The notes beneath the pieces are model-generated. The model saw only the letters and a list, made by a program, of their open reading frames with translations. It was not told the origin of the DNA and searched no databases. DNA of 61,298 nucleotides, counting the filler, from Sphacelaria rigidula (lineage: Eukaryota): assembly GCA_964200075.2 (NCBI GenBank). It is 3 parts of 3 records of this genome, joined end to end, with 100 filler letters (N's around TTAATTAATTAA, not from the genome) between each part and the next. Parts side by side here need not be neighbours in the genome. Positions count along the whole stretch, not along the records: positions 1 to 20,367 come from CAXNAA020000538.1; 2 more parts are not named here. The stretch is one strand, 5' to 3'. Below are positions 1 to 13,049 of the stretch, in pieces; position 1 is the stretch's first letter; the number at the start of each line of letters is the position of its first letter. Position numbers and translations under genes: made by a program.

Positions 1-3000
1 AAGAATCATTATTTGTCCGACCCCTGGACCATTTCTTCACGAGAACGCCCTAACCTTTAAAAAAAAAAAAAAAAAAAATGACGGCCCACTTTTTTTATTC
101 GGCACTCTTCTGCGGTTCCCCACACCAATTTTCGTCGCCATCGGCTAAACAAGTGCACAAATCGAGAGTTTCATAGAGATTTTATTATTGGCGCTAGCTC
201 CCTCAGGTATAGGAATTTCTAGACATGGGGTTTAATCAACGAGAAAATATGGGCCCAAGGGCACCTTCCCCTTGATTAGACTATTAATACTATATATGCG
301 GATCACGACCCAATTCGTTTCCGGTGATGAGATACTGTATTGCTCTGCCAGGTCAAATCCGTTTCTGGGCTGGCCCAGCTCGTACATTTCAATCGTTTTC
401 ATTCTTCAATGAGTACCATGATTTTTCCTTCAACAACATCGTGAGCATCTCCGTTGGAAAACACTATCTGCAACCCGTAAAAGACTATACTTATGGCACA
501 GAGGAAATACTGTTCTTGAGGGATTACCATCATCACCAACATTCTTTTTCAAGAGCAGCGATGATTACCCGAGGTCACCTGACTGACAAACACCTCGTGA
601 TCTCTCCCGGAATGCAGCAGCAGCACACGTAAATGAACACGAATAAATGAAAATACCGACTGTAGAAATAAATGATCAAGCAGGAGATACATGAAAGGGC
701 TATCCGATGCGCGACTTGATTACAAAATACATTCTTGGTAACCACCACACGGTCTACTGCCACGAGCAACTACCTGCTTCGTGATGCTGAGACCTGCTGT
801 TGTATCTGCACAGACAACCGGACAGTTGCGTTGCATTTGGAAAATCGATCAGGTTTTTCACCTTTGCTGTTGCTGGGGTCGTCAGCAGCGGTACTGTAGA
901 TCGATCGCTGTCGAAGAAAACAAAAGGCACTCGAAATATCAACCCAAAGTTTGTATACATTTAGTACGCTTGCTTTCTGTCAGTTGTGCGCTTAGATACA
1001 CTCACCAAACCACGNNNNNNNNNNAAACCACGAGCTGTAGACATTACCTAGCGTACAGACGGTGCCGTAGTGTGCAGTCTGTGCAGCACAACAGGCAGGT
1101 AGGTTGCTACTGGATTTCTCCTGATATTTACATATGATCGGCACTCAATCACAGTTGTTAAGATTTTTCGCTGTTCGTAAAGAAGAAAATGACTGATCAT
1201 TTACGTAATTTAGCTCAATGCCATCATTTAATTCAATGTACAGGTAGAGTTCACCCTATGGGCGCATGGTGGGGAAAATCGTGCGGTAATCGCGAATCTC
1301 AGTACAGCATGAGCTCCCCCAATCTGGGCAATGTTGGAGTCTAAAATAGGCAAATCCACATCTGAGCTTCCCCGATCTGCGTACAGATCGGGATTTGTGT
1401 CTGCTTTAATAAACTGTATATAATTTGTTCTGTGGATTTGAGACTTTCTTTCCAGCCATTACACGCCTCCGTACAATTTTGAGAATAATGGCTTGTGTTC
1501 ACGCGTTACACAAAGAAGCCACAAGAGGGAACGAATTAATTCAATTATAAGACTCCGGACTGTCTGTTTGTTGGTACCGGTACTGTACTGTAGCAGGTGG
1601 AGAAAAGTGAAGCTACACTGGGTCTTTTTGCACGTCATATACATAACGCGTGCGTGCGCGGCATATCGTTTGCGCCCACGCCATGAGTGAGAGGGTGTGA
1701 GCTGCTGCAATTCGTGGAGATTGCTCCTTCCACAGCAGTGAGGTACTTCAGCTTTTTGAGGGGCGGGGCAGCAAAAGCAGACAACGGACTGTTGGAAGAG
1801 CATACCTACACGTGCGAGAAAATTTCCAAGGAAGATAGTACGAAGCTTGAGAGGACAGGGTGGCGACGGTGATAACAAACGCAGCATCATGCATGCTGGC
1901 TCAGGAACATCGACTCCCGGTGCCGATGGTGATAATTGTGACGGCTCGGGCGGAGGACAAGCACGACCTCCCACCACGAGACGCAGGTACTGGAGTAGTC
2001 ATTCATTTCAACCTGCAAAAGGTGGCTTTTCATGCAAAAGTTGATCCTTCACGCTGCATATTTTCATTCTTGTGGGGGTGATGGTGCTCAACTTGGTCGA
2101 TTCGTGTCGTGACAAGTTGACTTAACTTCGACACGAAACGCAAGACGCAAGAAGGAGCTAGTCTTTGAAAAACGTCCTCGTGTCGCAATTGGACCTTATC
2201 TTGCTGGTGAGGTGAGACGAGGCATACATGTATTTTTCCTGCAAACCTCCGCCGCGAATATCAATGAACATGCCCTTGTGTGTTAGTTTTTCCTGTGGCT
2301 TAATGGTGTGATGCTTTTGAAAATGGTTGCGAGCAACGAAGCTACCGCAGTGATCATAAATATAAGAACCTTCATACAGAAAACTGTATAAAAAAATGGC
2401 ACAAAATAAGTGTACGTCTCCGAATGTACACATTTTGCTGTGAAAGAGGTCACCCGAAACCCTGCCTCGATCAAAATGTACGATCACTAGAAATTAGAGA
2501 TTATCGATAATGGCTCGCTGGGCCAGGTGTTGATATTCTGCACACACTTGTGTGGAAGAGGCGAAAAAAGAGCGTCCGCATTGTTGTCGACTCCTTGTTG
2601 CTTTCTTCGTTTGGCGCCCAAACCTGTCCCTTTTTACTGTATAGCTTTGCTCGACCGCATTCACTGCGTGGTGGGTTCAGCAGCGCGCTTTAGCGTTTCT
2701 TATTTGACCTCCCTTTGCTTGTACGTTGTGGACATGAAGATGTATTCAGAATTCCGTGTTTCTGACGATTCTTGCTGTTGAACTGTCTCGCACCGTCTGT
2801 AAGAACTAACGACCCCCGGTGCTGTGGAAAGACCGCAAGTCATGTGACAACATCCGGCACATGCCCCCTTCATAACTGCATGGCATGCTGCTACTGAGGG
2901 TTTGCCTTTTCCAAGTTACGGGTGCAAGGCTCGAATACCCCAGTAGAAAATATGTGAGGTTGAAAGTTGAGCGCCAGGAATTTTGTAATGCGAGTAGCCT

Positions 3001-4682
3001 TTTACTCCGTCTGGACAGCAGCGGGTGCGGGATAGTGTGCATCCCTATCGCAAGGAGCTTGAAACCACACACCTGTCGTCAGCGCGGGTCATGCACGGTG
3101 CGAACGACCCGTCCGACTGGCAAACGCAGGGCAAACGCAACGGTACACCACTGGCTGTGTACGGTGCGTCTCCACCTCATAACGGTCCGCCGTCCACGGG
3201 TATACTCTTTCAAGTAAGTTTAGCGGCGGCTCGGTCTATATGTTATTGAGTCCTGCAAGTGCCCGACCGCAACCTCGGAACCAAGTGCTTGGGGAAGGAC
3301 CGATGGGAACATATTTCGAATCCACAAGTGTTGTGTACAAAGTCCACAGTAGTGTGTCCACGAGAGGGTGAGGGTGCGCTCGCTTCGTAAGCCGCTTTGA
3401 TGACGTTTTGGAGTCTGTGCGCGGCAACCAGGATACAAGTATTTGCTGCGTTGACCTGGGGTGACAGTGCTTCGGAAGCAGCGTTGCCCCTGTGGGGAGA
3501 TTTGTCAGCGCGATGCGCCAGGTCCCCCCTGTGTAGCAGCATCGCGACAGCGTGAGTGAGGGCAGTGTGGTGTGTGCTATTAAACAACGCGATTTTACCC
3601 CGCTTCGCTAGCCCTAACCTCAACTCCCACTCGAACTAGACCGGGAACCCGTGGGTAAAGAGCGTCCATACTGCTCGGTTGGCAATGTGTGACTTGTGAC
3701 TTATTTGAACTTGGATCGGCGCCTAAAGTTGTGCCAAGAACGCTTGAAGCGAGCCCTGGCGATGCTTGGATGTAAAAATTCAGATTTTGTGGTAAACACT
3801 GAAATCAAGTTCACTGTCAACCATCAGATGATAGCTGTGAGCTGGCTGAGGTAAATTATGTTCCGAAGGCCATGCCCTTGACCGTCAGCACAGTAGTATG
3901 GCACGATGCAAGCACGGCGCAGGGTGTACAACAACTTCATTCCTGAATCAAGCCCACGGCGACCGGGATGTAGAACACCCATCATATGTAGTGGGAAATT
4001 CAAGTTCGTGCCACAATTCATGCTGTTCCCTCCCAGTATAAATAATTGCTATGCCTGTTTTCACCGCGTGTAGTGATCGTACTGCAATGTTGTTGTCGTA
4101 CATGACCGTCCGTGGTGAAACTTACTGTTGTATACTTTGAGTTTTCATGCTCGTAGGTCAACACAAGGCCCCCGTTCTCCATGCGACTCGTGATTGCAGT
4201 CGAGGTGAATCCTGATCATCACTAAGCAGCGTGCCCCTTCACAAATCATGATACATGTTTACCCGACACTTCGTGTATGCTCGCCCAGTCCTCGTCTGCG
4301 AACCTCCTTCCTAGAAATTTTGTACAATGACTTGAACACTACCGTAACAAAATAGCTTTAAAAATATCCCTGTACCCTGTAATGTATTCCAAGCTTCAAA
4401 AGACACCGCACTCTGGTCGTGCGGAAAAAACGGAATAATTGGCGAAGGATGCTCGTATTATCCCCTGACCGGTGTCGAGCCGACTCGGGCGTGCTTTTCC
4501 CCCTGAGCGACGTTCTTGGGAGTCCCTTCAGTTATCCAGTACCCATGCTAGCACCCTGCTCTTTTATCAATCCTTTGTATTTCGTTTGTTTTTCGAGCGT
4601 GCGGAGTACTGTAGTTGTTTTTGACGGAGAGATAATGCATCCGAGGATAGGCGCTTGCCACCGTTTTTTTTTTCCTTAGCGG

Positions 4683-4768
4683 AAGGGCGAAATTTCACCA
4701 ACACTTACCCCACGAGCGTGTTCTTAAGGGCGAAATTTCACCAACACTTACCCCACGAGCGTGTTCTT
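4683..4768. repeat. 43-bp perfect tandem duplication
   Basis: AAGGGCGAAATTTCACCAACACTTACCCCACGAGCGTGTTCTT twice. Confidence 0.9.
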
Positions 4769-5004
4769 GTGAGGATCACCCGGAGGCTCGGCTAGGCCAC
4801 CGCGCGGCAGTTATGTAGGGTAGACGCCTCGAGCGATCGAAAAAATTTGCGCAAGGCAGTGTGGGGGTAGAACTCACCAAAACCCTCCGTCAAGTTGGCC
4901 CAGTGCACGCGCCGCCGTACTCTTCCGAGCTTCGACCTTGGTGGGCGATTGCGCGCATTACTACGCGTCCGGGATATTTACACATGAGGTCACCGTGTGC
5001 TATG

Positions 5005-5375
5005 AAAGTGGTCTATTGGTGATAGCTGAGGGCGTTAGCGCGGGGACAACTCGGGTTCGGATCCCGCCAGACGCTACTAGCTTGCCTTTTTTCTTCTAGG
5101 AAGTATTTGTTTTTTGCCGTCGATAGTGTTGGGACGTGAGTAGCAAATTGAGTGTGTGGCTGAGAGTATCGTACGTATGACGTATGACGGCAGTCGGCGC
5201 GGTGCGGCAGGGGCGATACAATCCGCAGTAGCAAAATGTGAGGCGCATCAGATTACCCAGCACAAAGTACTGCCGGGATAAGGGGATTTCTTTTCAATGT
5301 GAAGACAACAATAACAGGGGGTGTACCGGGGAGACTCGGGTCAAGGGCACGGACTCGTCCCGAGGAAGAGGATAA
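5005..5375 (+). mobile_element. tRNA-headed SINE-like element, family 2
   Basis: B-box-like GGTTCGGATCCC at 5054-5065. The 3' block GTGTACCGGGGAGA...CACGGACTCGTCCCGAGGAAG is shared with 59276-59340 and, reversed, with ~6600-6637. Confidence 0.55.
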
Positions 5376-6177
5376 TAAGTCAGAATTGAGAGCAAGAGGC
5401 AGAAAGAGGTGCGCCCAGGGGCGTTGCCATCTCAGGACAGGATCGTAATTTTTACGGCAGGATCACCCCGTTGGTGGCGGATGTGATCTTCCCGACAGTA
5501 GTAGTTTACAACAAAACATGCATGTGTTCCGTCACACGCAACTTGTGAAACGGCTCAACGGCATGGAGCATGTATCTGTTGGGCGTGGACATCCCCTTGC
5601 GGATGTGGGAAGTTTAGACCGTGTTTTCATCATTTTAACTCAATATTTACGTAGAGTTTGGAGATCGGACCACCGCTACACATCATTCGGGAGAGTAAAT
5701 TAAATACCCGGATATTTGCCCTGCCCAACATGCCCTTGGAAGACCTCGCCGGCTGATGCGCCCATATACACCGAAAGGTGGAGACTGCCGTTCCAAATAT
5801 ATGGGATAACAAGACACAACGCACAAGCATGGCTGACATCTTCCACACTTCTCCGGAAGAAACGGAGCAGGATTGGAACAACAAGTTCATCCAAAACAGG
5901 CGACGCGCATGGAATCGCCGCTGTGAGCTCGTCCTTATCACCACACCATCTTTTTTGCCCCAAGTAGAAGCTAGTGGCAGTCGGGGCGGAAGGGCAACGT
6001 CGATCGATTTTCGCGCTCAGGGCCAAGAACAAAAAAAACGAAGAGCGAAGCAATTGCCGAGAAAGCGGCATGTCAATTGGTCTCCGCAATTAGAGCGACG
6101 GGCCGATGGTTGCGGCGACCAATTGGCATGCTGCTTTTCGACAGTTGCTTCGCTCTCCGCTAATTTTCATGGTCTCG

Positions 6178-6455
6178 TTAACCCCTAGACCGCGAGGTTA
6201 GTCTTCTGTTGAAGTATGCATGATCCAGAGAGACAAACCTCGCCGTCTAAGGGTTAACCATCAACATCTTGAGGGTAGATCATCTGTTGAATCGACACTG
6301 ATTTCACTTCAAAAAGTATGCATGATCCAAATGGACCAACCTCGCGGTCCAAGGATTTAGACCGCGAGGTTAGTCTTCTGTTGAATCGGCATCAATTTAA
6401 AATGAAAAAAAGTATGCATAATTCAGAAAGCCTAATCTCGCGGTCTAAGGGTTAA
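6178..6455. mobile_element. Tandem array of ~100-bp piggyBac-like MITE units
   Basis: TTAA|CCCCTAGACCGCGAGG...CCTCGCCGTCTAAGGG|TTAA (6178-6257), then two further units ending CTCGCGGTCTAAGGG|TTAA at 6455. Confidence 0.75.
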
Positions 6456-7670
6456 GATGGGCGTTTACAACGTGAGATAAAGAACATGCCTGTCAGTGCC
6501 GCCCTGCAATCCTATTGGTCAAAATAGGAAATCCGCGATTCAATCTCAACGGTGATCGTTATTTTCACTTTATGGTTCCTCTTGTTTTCACTTCTACATA
6601 CTCCCCTTGCTCGGGGCGAGTCCGTGGTCTCAAGAGACATTTTGATTACGCGCAGCTGAATTTTCAGCACGATATTTATGTCGCAGATCAAGTATCGACA
6701 CGCGACCCGAATTCGAAGCAACGAGAATAAAACGAGAAAGTCGGCGCGATTTGAAATTTCACGACGAAAAAACTAGTATCGTGATGCTGGCAAAGAGCAA
6801 AAAACTGTTGTGGCTTCTGCTACGAATTTTTCACTTCCGTCCAGAAGATCCTTGTAATGTTTTGGCTCAAAGCTCCTAAAGTTGGACCGCGTATGCAACT
6901 TTTTGTCTGACACGCCCTGGTGGCCGAAGTGATGGTTGACACTTGAGACTCGAGCTACGGAGGTGACGAGTTTGAACCCCGACATACACTTTTTTCATTT
7001 GTCGCGCAAAATCTGGTTCCCTCGTGGAGGTAATTTTTCTGCAGCACAGTTTTTCTCTTCTTTTTTTTTCCTCTGTTTAGCGACGGAGCATTCATCGGCA
7101 GGTTGGTCTGCCGTTCACAGCAATATATTTACATTGGGCTGATTTGGAAAACAGGCGGAGGTTTTGGTGTGGTCGTTGCGAAAAGTTTGGGTGTGCTCGG
7201 GGTATTCTCGTCTTGAGGCTGGTCCAGCTCGTCGTTGAGAGCGTCACGCGCAGCCATGCAACTTGAGGCATCCGCCAAGCTGGTGTCGCATCTGTTTGAT
7301 CTCTCTGGCTCGCGTTAGAGTCCCATCAACATGTCAGAAACAGCGTCGTTTGCGAGCCCCGCGGGCTCTGATTGATCCGGTGTTGCCTTTTGCATTGGAT
7401 CATTCGATGCTTGCTGATCCCCTTCGAATTCCCTCCCTCGGTGAAGAAAGAAACAAGGGGTGAAATTTACTGCAGATTAGGCACATATTGTGTAGACGGC
7501 CTTATATATGTATGTATACAATATGCGATGATTCCCCCTTCTTATCCGTCCTTATCGTCAGTCATGTCAACCTTTTTCCAAACGTGACACCCTCTTGTTT
7601 TTCAATGTGCACAAGATCATCGATGGTGACTATATATGTACATATATATTTTTCCTTACTGTGGTAGTCG

Positions 7671-8026
7671 GTCGCCCCGGTGGCTCAGTTGGTAACTTTG
7701 TAACCTTCTGATGGTTGAGTTGTGAAGTTCGGTTCCCGGAGCGATCTGGGATTTTTTCTTACGCCATGCCCAACAGTGGAGAGCGACTATGTCGTGGGTA
7801 CACAAAATAGGACTTCACGGTCGACGAGGGAAAGGGACTGCTGAAGCCCGCTCGCGATAAAAAATGAAGGGAAGCATCGCTGAAGAAAGGGGGGATAGTA
7901 GGGAAGAAAAAAAGAAGAAAAAACTCCTGTGTTGACCTTCCTCCTGTGTAACCATTGCTGATGCGCCCACATACCCCGAAAGGGGTCGACTGGCGCCCAG
8001 AATAAACGGGATAACACACACACACA
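7671..8026 (+). mobile_element. tRNA-derived SINE, family 1, with (CA)n tail
   Basis: A box TGGCTCAGTTGG at 7681-7692, degenerate B box ~7725-7737, ~350-bp body ending CAGAATAAACGGGATAA(CA)n. Homologous to 37446-37778 (-) and to 3' fragments at ~14640-14750 and ~43400-43500. Confidence 0.75.
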
Positions 8027-8452
8027 TATGAATCTAGTTCCATGATCATGGTTATCATTTTCGTCATAACATTATGTTCATGTTCACGAATGAAATTGCC
8101 AAAAACGGAATGGTTTGGTAGCACCCAAGCGGCCCTCCAGGCGAACCTCCCTCGCCTACACTGTGGTCTTTGTCCAATGACTGGCGAGACTACCAGAGGT
8201 CATATTCTCAAGATGGAATGACCGCGGCCGCTCAAACCATCGAGAGTAGTGCACGCTGGTGGCCACTGCTAGTGTTATGCACGCGGACATTCCCAGAGTC
8301 ACAACATGGACCCATACGCACCCCCCACTTTTTTCCTACCTGAAGTCACGTTGCAGAGGCCACATCTAAAAGGCCACGCGAGTCTGGGGCCCGGAGTGTT
8401 TGTTCATGGCGTCGCATAGCGGCGTCTGACCCCCCCTCCGTTGCTAAAGGAA

Positions 8453-8748
8453 CAATGTTTTCGTGAGATTGAGGGTAGCGCGGTGATTGAGAGTGGTTCT
8501 GATCACTCGCTTTAACTTGGCCAATTTTTCATTCCGTGTGTGCTTTTCTTTGCCTCCATCACTTGCGTGAGCTCACAGCTACACGTCGATATCTTACGCG
8601 GGGATATTGAGGGCCTCAGTGACGAGCTACAACAGAAAGCATATTGGGCCTCGTGGAGGGGCATTTCGGAACTGAAACGATTCACTAGCTGATTGACCGC
8701 TTTTCACTCTCAATCGTATCCTCTACTCTCAATCTCACGAAAACACTG
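8453..8748. mobile_element. ~300-bp MITE with CA(G/A)TGTTTTCGTGAGATTGAG TIRs
   Basis: Terminal inverted repeats visible; second copy in opposite orientation at ~16465-16765. TSD not resolved. Confidence 0.7.
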
Positions 8749-8776
8749 TTTAGGGTGGTCTTTCATGGACTGTTTT

Positions 8777-9035
8777 GTCGTCGTTGTTGTTGTTGTTTTT
8801 GTTGTTGCCTTGGAGGAAGGGAGAAACCTCACCCAATACTTCTCCGCTCGCGGGGTTCGTGCGCCGATTGCCGGGAGGGAGGCTCGGCCGGGCCGCCTCG
8901 CGGCAGTCATGTGGGGTAGGCGCCTCAAGCGTTCGTAAACTTTGCTCAAGTCGGGTGTGGGGGTCCAACCCACTGGAAACCCCGCGTCAACTTGGCGCAG
9001 TACACGCGCCGCCGTACTCGTTTGAGCCTCGACCC
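8777..9035 (-). mobile_element. Retroposon-like 3' fragment with (CAA)n tail; homologous to ~4780-4940
   Basis: (GTT)n at 8777-8807 abuts a block shared with 4783-4938 (GGAGGCTCGGC...CACGCGCCGCCGTACTC). Confidence 0.5.
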
Positions 9036-9589
9036 TGAGCAGTGTGACTGTCTCGAGTATGTAACCCCGTGTGCCATTACGTATCCCCTCTCTGTTGTGT
9101 CCACGGTTCTGGTACTTTTTGAGACGGTGTCGGCCCGTTATGTTTCTGCTGTTGCACTCGTACCCAAAAATAGATGAAGCCGCAATCAGTTCCCACGGTG
9201 CTTGTATGAATGTGTGTAGTTGTGCGATACCTCTTTTTTTTTCCCCACCTGAATCCACGTTGCAAAGGCTGACCATTTTATATATTCTCGTTTTGTTTTG
9301 TTTTGTTTTTCGGTCTACTCTTTCTGTGTGACACAATTCTATTTTTTTTCACGCATTTCTTCGACAAGTGTCGTTCCCGTTTGTTTTATCTCGGGTACGT
9401 GTATCATGTGACACGTGACCACGGGTGTGTCCCTGAGGGATCACGTGATGTGTGACAATCAATCAATCAATTGCGTATGCATCGTATCAACCCTCTCCTG
9501 TCTACGCTGTAGACCTCTTTCTCCTCATCAGCGGCTGATATTCTAGAGTACAAAACAACCATCTTCTGCCAGTGTGTCGAACATTCCGA

Positions 9590-9875
9590 GAGATGGGGTG
9601 AGATACGCACGATATCACGGTATTCCGAGATGTCAAAATTTACCATACCCGCCTAGTCGGGTATTTCCAAAACCCATACCTACGATACCTGCGATACCAC
9701 GGTATTTCGAGATACCAGTACCTATCGTGCCCGCTCAATCAGGTATCTTCAAAATTCATACCTACGATACCACGGTGTTTTTTAATTTCAATACCTACCG
9801 TACCCGCTCAATTGGGTAATTCCAAAACTCATTCCTACGATACCCACGCATACCACGGTATGAGATACCCCGGTG
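9590..9875 (+). repeat. Dispersed repeat rich in CCTACGATACC/CACGGTAT subrepeats; second copy ~10920-11170
   Basis: Shared CCTACGATA-CCACGCATACCACGGTATGAGATACCC in both copies. Confidence 0.7.
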
Positions 9876-11226
9876 AAAACCTGATGTGATGCTCTCTCCA
9901 CGGTGCAGCAGCTGGTCCCAACGTACGCGAAGGCCAGAAGATGTCGAAGCAGGTAGGTCTTGTTTTCACAAGAAATATATACCCAGATTCCCCCCGATTT
10001 TCGTGTTTGAATGAATTCGAATGAACTCATCATGTAGTTTGAAATACGGTCCATTTTTTCTTGTCGACCTGATAGGCCCACCCCATTTCTGTTGTTCGAA
10101 GGCTTCAACTCAGATTTATAGTTAGTGGCACGCGGAGAAAAACTGCAAGACAAAAAAGCTAAGCTTTTTCGATCAAAAACATGCGGTCGAAAGGCACGAA
10201 GCGGCACTTACTTGACTCCTATCCTACAGACTGCCATGCCAGATAAGCCCCGTTTACACAACCATGGAAACTCCATCCAACTCATCTTCAGCTACCATCG
10301 CAACCCTGCAGCATGGAGTACGAGTAGAGCACAGCGATAGATACACTGCAGTAATTGGGTATGTTTGGTTTATTTTTTGTTGGCGGAAATTCACGTATCT
10401 TCTTTCATGGCAGGATCAGCAACGGAACTGCGTGGTACGGTGGGCAACCGAGTCACGTACACCCCCATCGAGAGTGCAGGCAATACAAAGCTGCACGTTG
10501 TCGAAGTCCCTTTCACGTCGTGTTGGAAGCAGAGAGAACTGATAGTCCTGGGCTGTCTGCACTCCACGTTGCCCGCTTCTCTCTAAACTCCTACTGTACG
10601 AAACACGCACACACACACGCACTCAAGACAAACTGCTTGCAAGCAGTGCAAACAGTACAGACTGGCTGTACTGTACACGAGTGACCATGTATTGTTTACT
10701 GTACACGAGTGACCATGTATTGCTCACGAATTTCACTGTCTTTTTTCGGCCGGAAGCATGAAATTTCTGTTGGACCCAACTCGACAAAAATGAGCGATTT
10801 TCGCTCGAATCAATTCCACCGCGCCATTTTTCGATCGAAAAAAAAAGTGTTGAGTCACGCCCCAAAACGCTTCTCCGCACCGCCGGATGACAGTGTCGAG
10901 GTCGATATAGGGGGTAAGGCAGGTACCCGGGACTGGTATTTAGCACATCTCATACCCTACCGATACCGGTCCAATCGTGTGTGTTTTTTCATGTCATACC
11001 TACGATACGTACGATACCACGGTATTCCGAGATTTCAATACCCACGGTACCCGCTCGGTCAGGTATTTTCAAAACTCCTACCTACGATATCCACGCATAC
11101 CACGGTATGAGATACCCTGGTATATACCGAGGGTACGCTCGGTACGGTACCGGTACCTTACGGTTCCCGTGAAGGCTTATTTTGTTCTGTTTTCTTCACG
11201 TGTCTCTCTCACTCATTCTTTTTTAT

Positions 11227-11810
11227 TTTTTTGTCAGGATATGCATATATATAAATATATTATATATTATAAACAAAGTAATTAATTAGTTGATGAATTA
11301 ATTAAAGATTGTTTGAGGATGGATGGTTGGGTTTTGTTTTTTGGACAAGGGAAGGATAATGATTGGTTGTATTCTATTTGTTGGACAGAGGAAAGACAAG
11401 AGCCCAATATATATTGTGTATCTATAATGAAATGATTAAAAAAATAAAATATTGTTTGAGGATGGATGGTTGGATGGTTGATTTCTTTTTTTGAGCAAGG
11501 GAAAGACAATATTTTTTTGTCAGGATATGCATATATAAATATATTATATATTATAAACAAAGTAATTAATTAGTTGATGAATTAATTAAAGATTGTTTGA
11601 GGATGGATGGTTGGGTTTTGTTTTTTGGACAAGGGAAGGATAATGGTTGGTTGTATTCTATGTTTTGGACAGAGGAAAGACAAAAGCCCAATATATAGTG
11701 TAATATATAGTGTATCTATAATGAATTGATTAAATAAATAAAAGATTGTTTGAGAATGGATGGTTGGATGGTTTATTTCTTTTTTCGAGCAAGGGAAAGA
11801 CAATATATAT
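11227..11810 (+). repeat. AT-rich direct tandem duplication, period ~286 bp
   Basis: GTCAGGATATGCATATATAAATATATT starts at 11233 and 11519; each unit holds two ATTGTTTGAG(G/A)ATGGATGGTTGG subrepeats. Confidence 0.9.
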
Positions 11811-12264
11811 ATATATATATGTGTTTATTTTTCTCTGGGCACTGTCTGAGCTGTGAAATATCTGTATTTGACTCGAAAAAAAGTGAAGGAATATTTTTGC
11901 TTTGCCCTGGAAAAACAACTGAGAAATCTGTGTTTTGTGCGAAGAATCAGCGATGGAGGGGGTGGACACCCTGTCATTCATGCCCACGTCGTCAGTTGTG
12001 GTGAAATGACCATCATCTGGAATTTCATATTCTCGCCGCACCTGTCGATCGAAAGCGAAACATAACATTTTTTTCGATCGACAAGTGCAACGGAATAGAA
12101 AATTATCGATCTGATGGGTCGTCATCCCACCATAAATGACGACCTATCCTGATCAATCAGATCGGATATTTTCTTTTCCGCCGCCGCTCTTTTTCCACCG
12201 AGAAATAATCTGCGAAGACGCGCGTCCTCGAAGATACGCCCTCAGCGAAGGACCGATGCTGGTG

Positions 12265-12850
12265 GTCAAGGGATCTCTAGCCGCGAGCATTCGTCATCTG
12301 TTGAATCAGCATCAGTTTCACTTGAAAAATGACCGCTGGCCAGATTATCTACAGTACCCCTGGGGTCGAAGGGTTGAACCCTTGAACCGCGAGGGTAGTC
12401 CACCTGGATCATGCATACTTTTTCCAAGTAAAATTGATGCCGATTCAACAGGTGACCTACTCTCGCCGTCTAAGGGTCGACCCTTGAACCGTAGTGCGGG
12501 TAGTCCATCTGGATCACGCATACTCTCTTTTAAGTAAAATTGATGCCGATTCAGCAGGTCACCTACCCTCGCGGTCAAAGGGTTAACCCTCGAACCGCCG
12601 GAGAAGTTCATCGTTGAATTAGCATCGTTATTATTCATGCTTGAAGTGAAAATGATGCCGATTGCACAAATGGATACCTCCGGTGCTCGAAAGTTTAATC
12701 CTTAGACCGCGAGATTAGTCTCTCTGGATCATGCATACTTTTTTCACTTGAAATTGATGCTGATTCAACAGAAGACTAACCTTGCGGTCTTAGGGTTAAA
12801 GTTCGACTCTTTGATGGTCAAGATGGATCATCTGTTGAATCGGCTCCTTT
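12265..12850. mobile_element. Array of about 5 piggyBac-like MITE units in mixed orientation
   Basis: Repeated core GGATCATGCATACTTTT...AATTGATGCCGATTCAACAG with GGG-TTAA-CCC-type junctions; cleanest unit is TTAA 12695-12698 to TTAA 12796-12799. Confidence 0.75.
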
Positions 12851-13049
12851 TCGTTGCAGAAATGAATCTTGACCCAGATTACTTACTAGTGGTCGGTATG
12901 ATCTGTGAAGACGCAGTTTGTGGTATGATGATACATCGGTCAAAAAAGAAGAGCGATATATCATGTGATACCGTGAAGGTCCCGGTTCAGCGGTCCTTAG
13001 TGTTAACACGAAAAATAACGGCTAAACCGGGGAGGCGACCTGAGGATTT

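Noticed and set aside
7671..7745. tRNA gene
   Set aside because: A/B boxes are present but there is no closed cloverleaf, and the sequence runs into a dispersed body with a (CA)n tail, so it is a SINE head.
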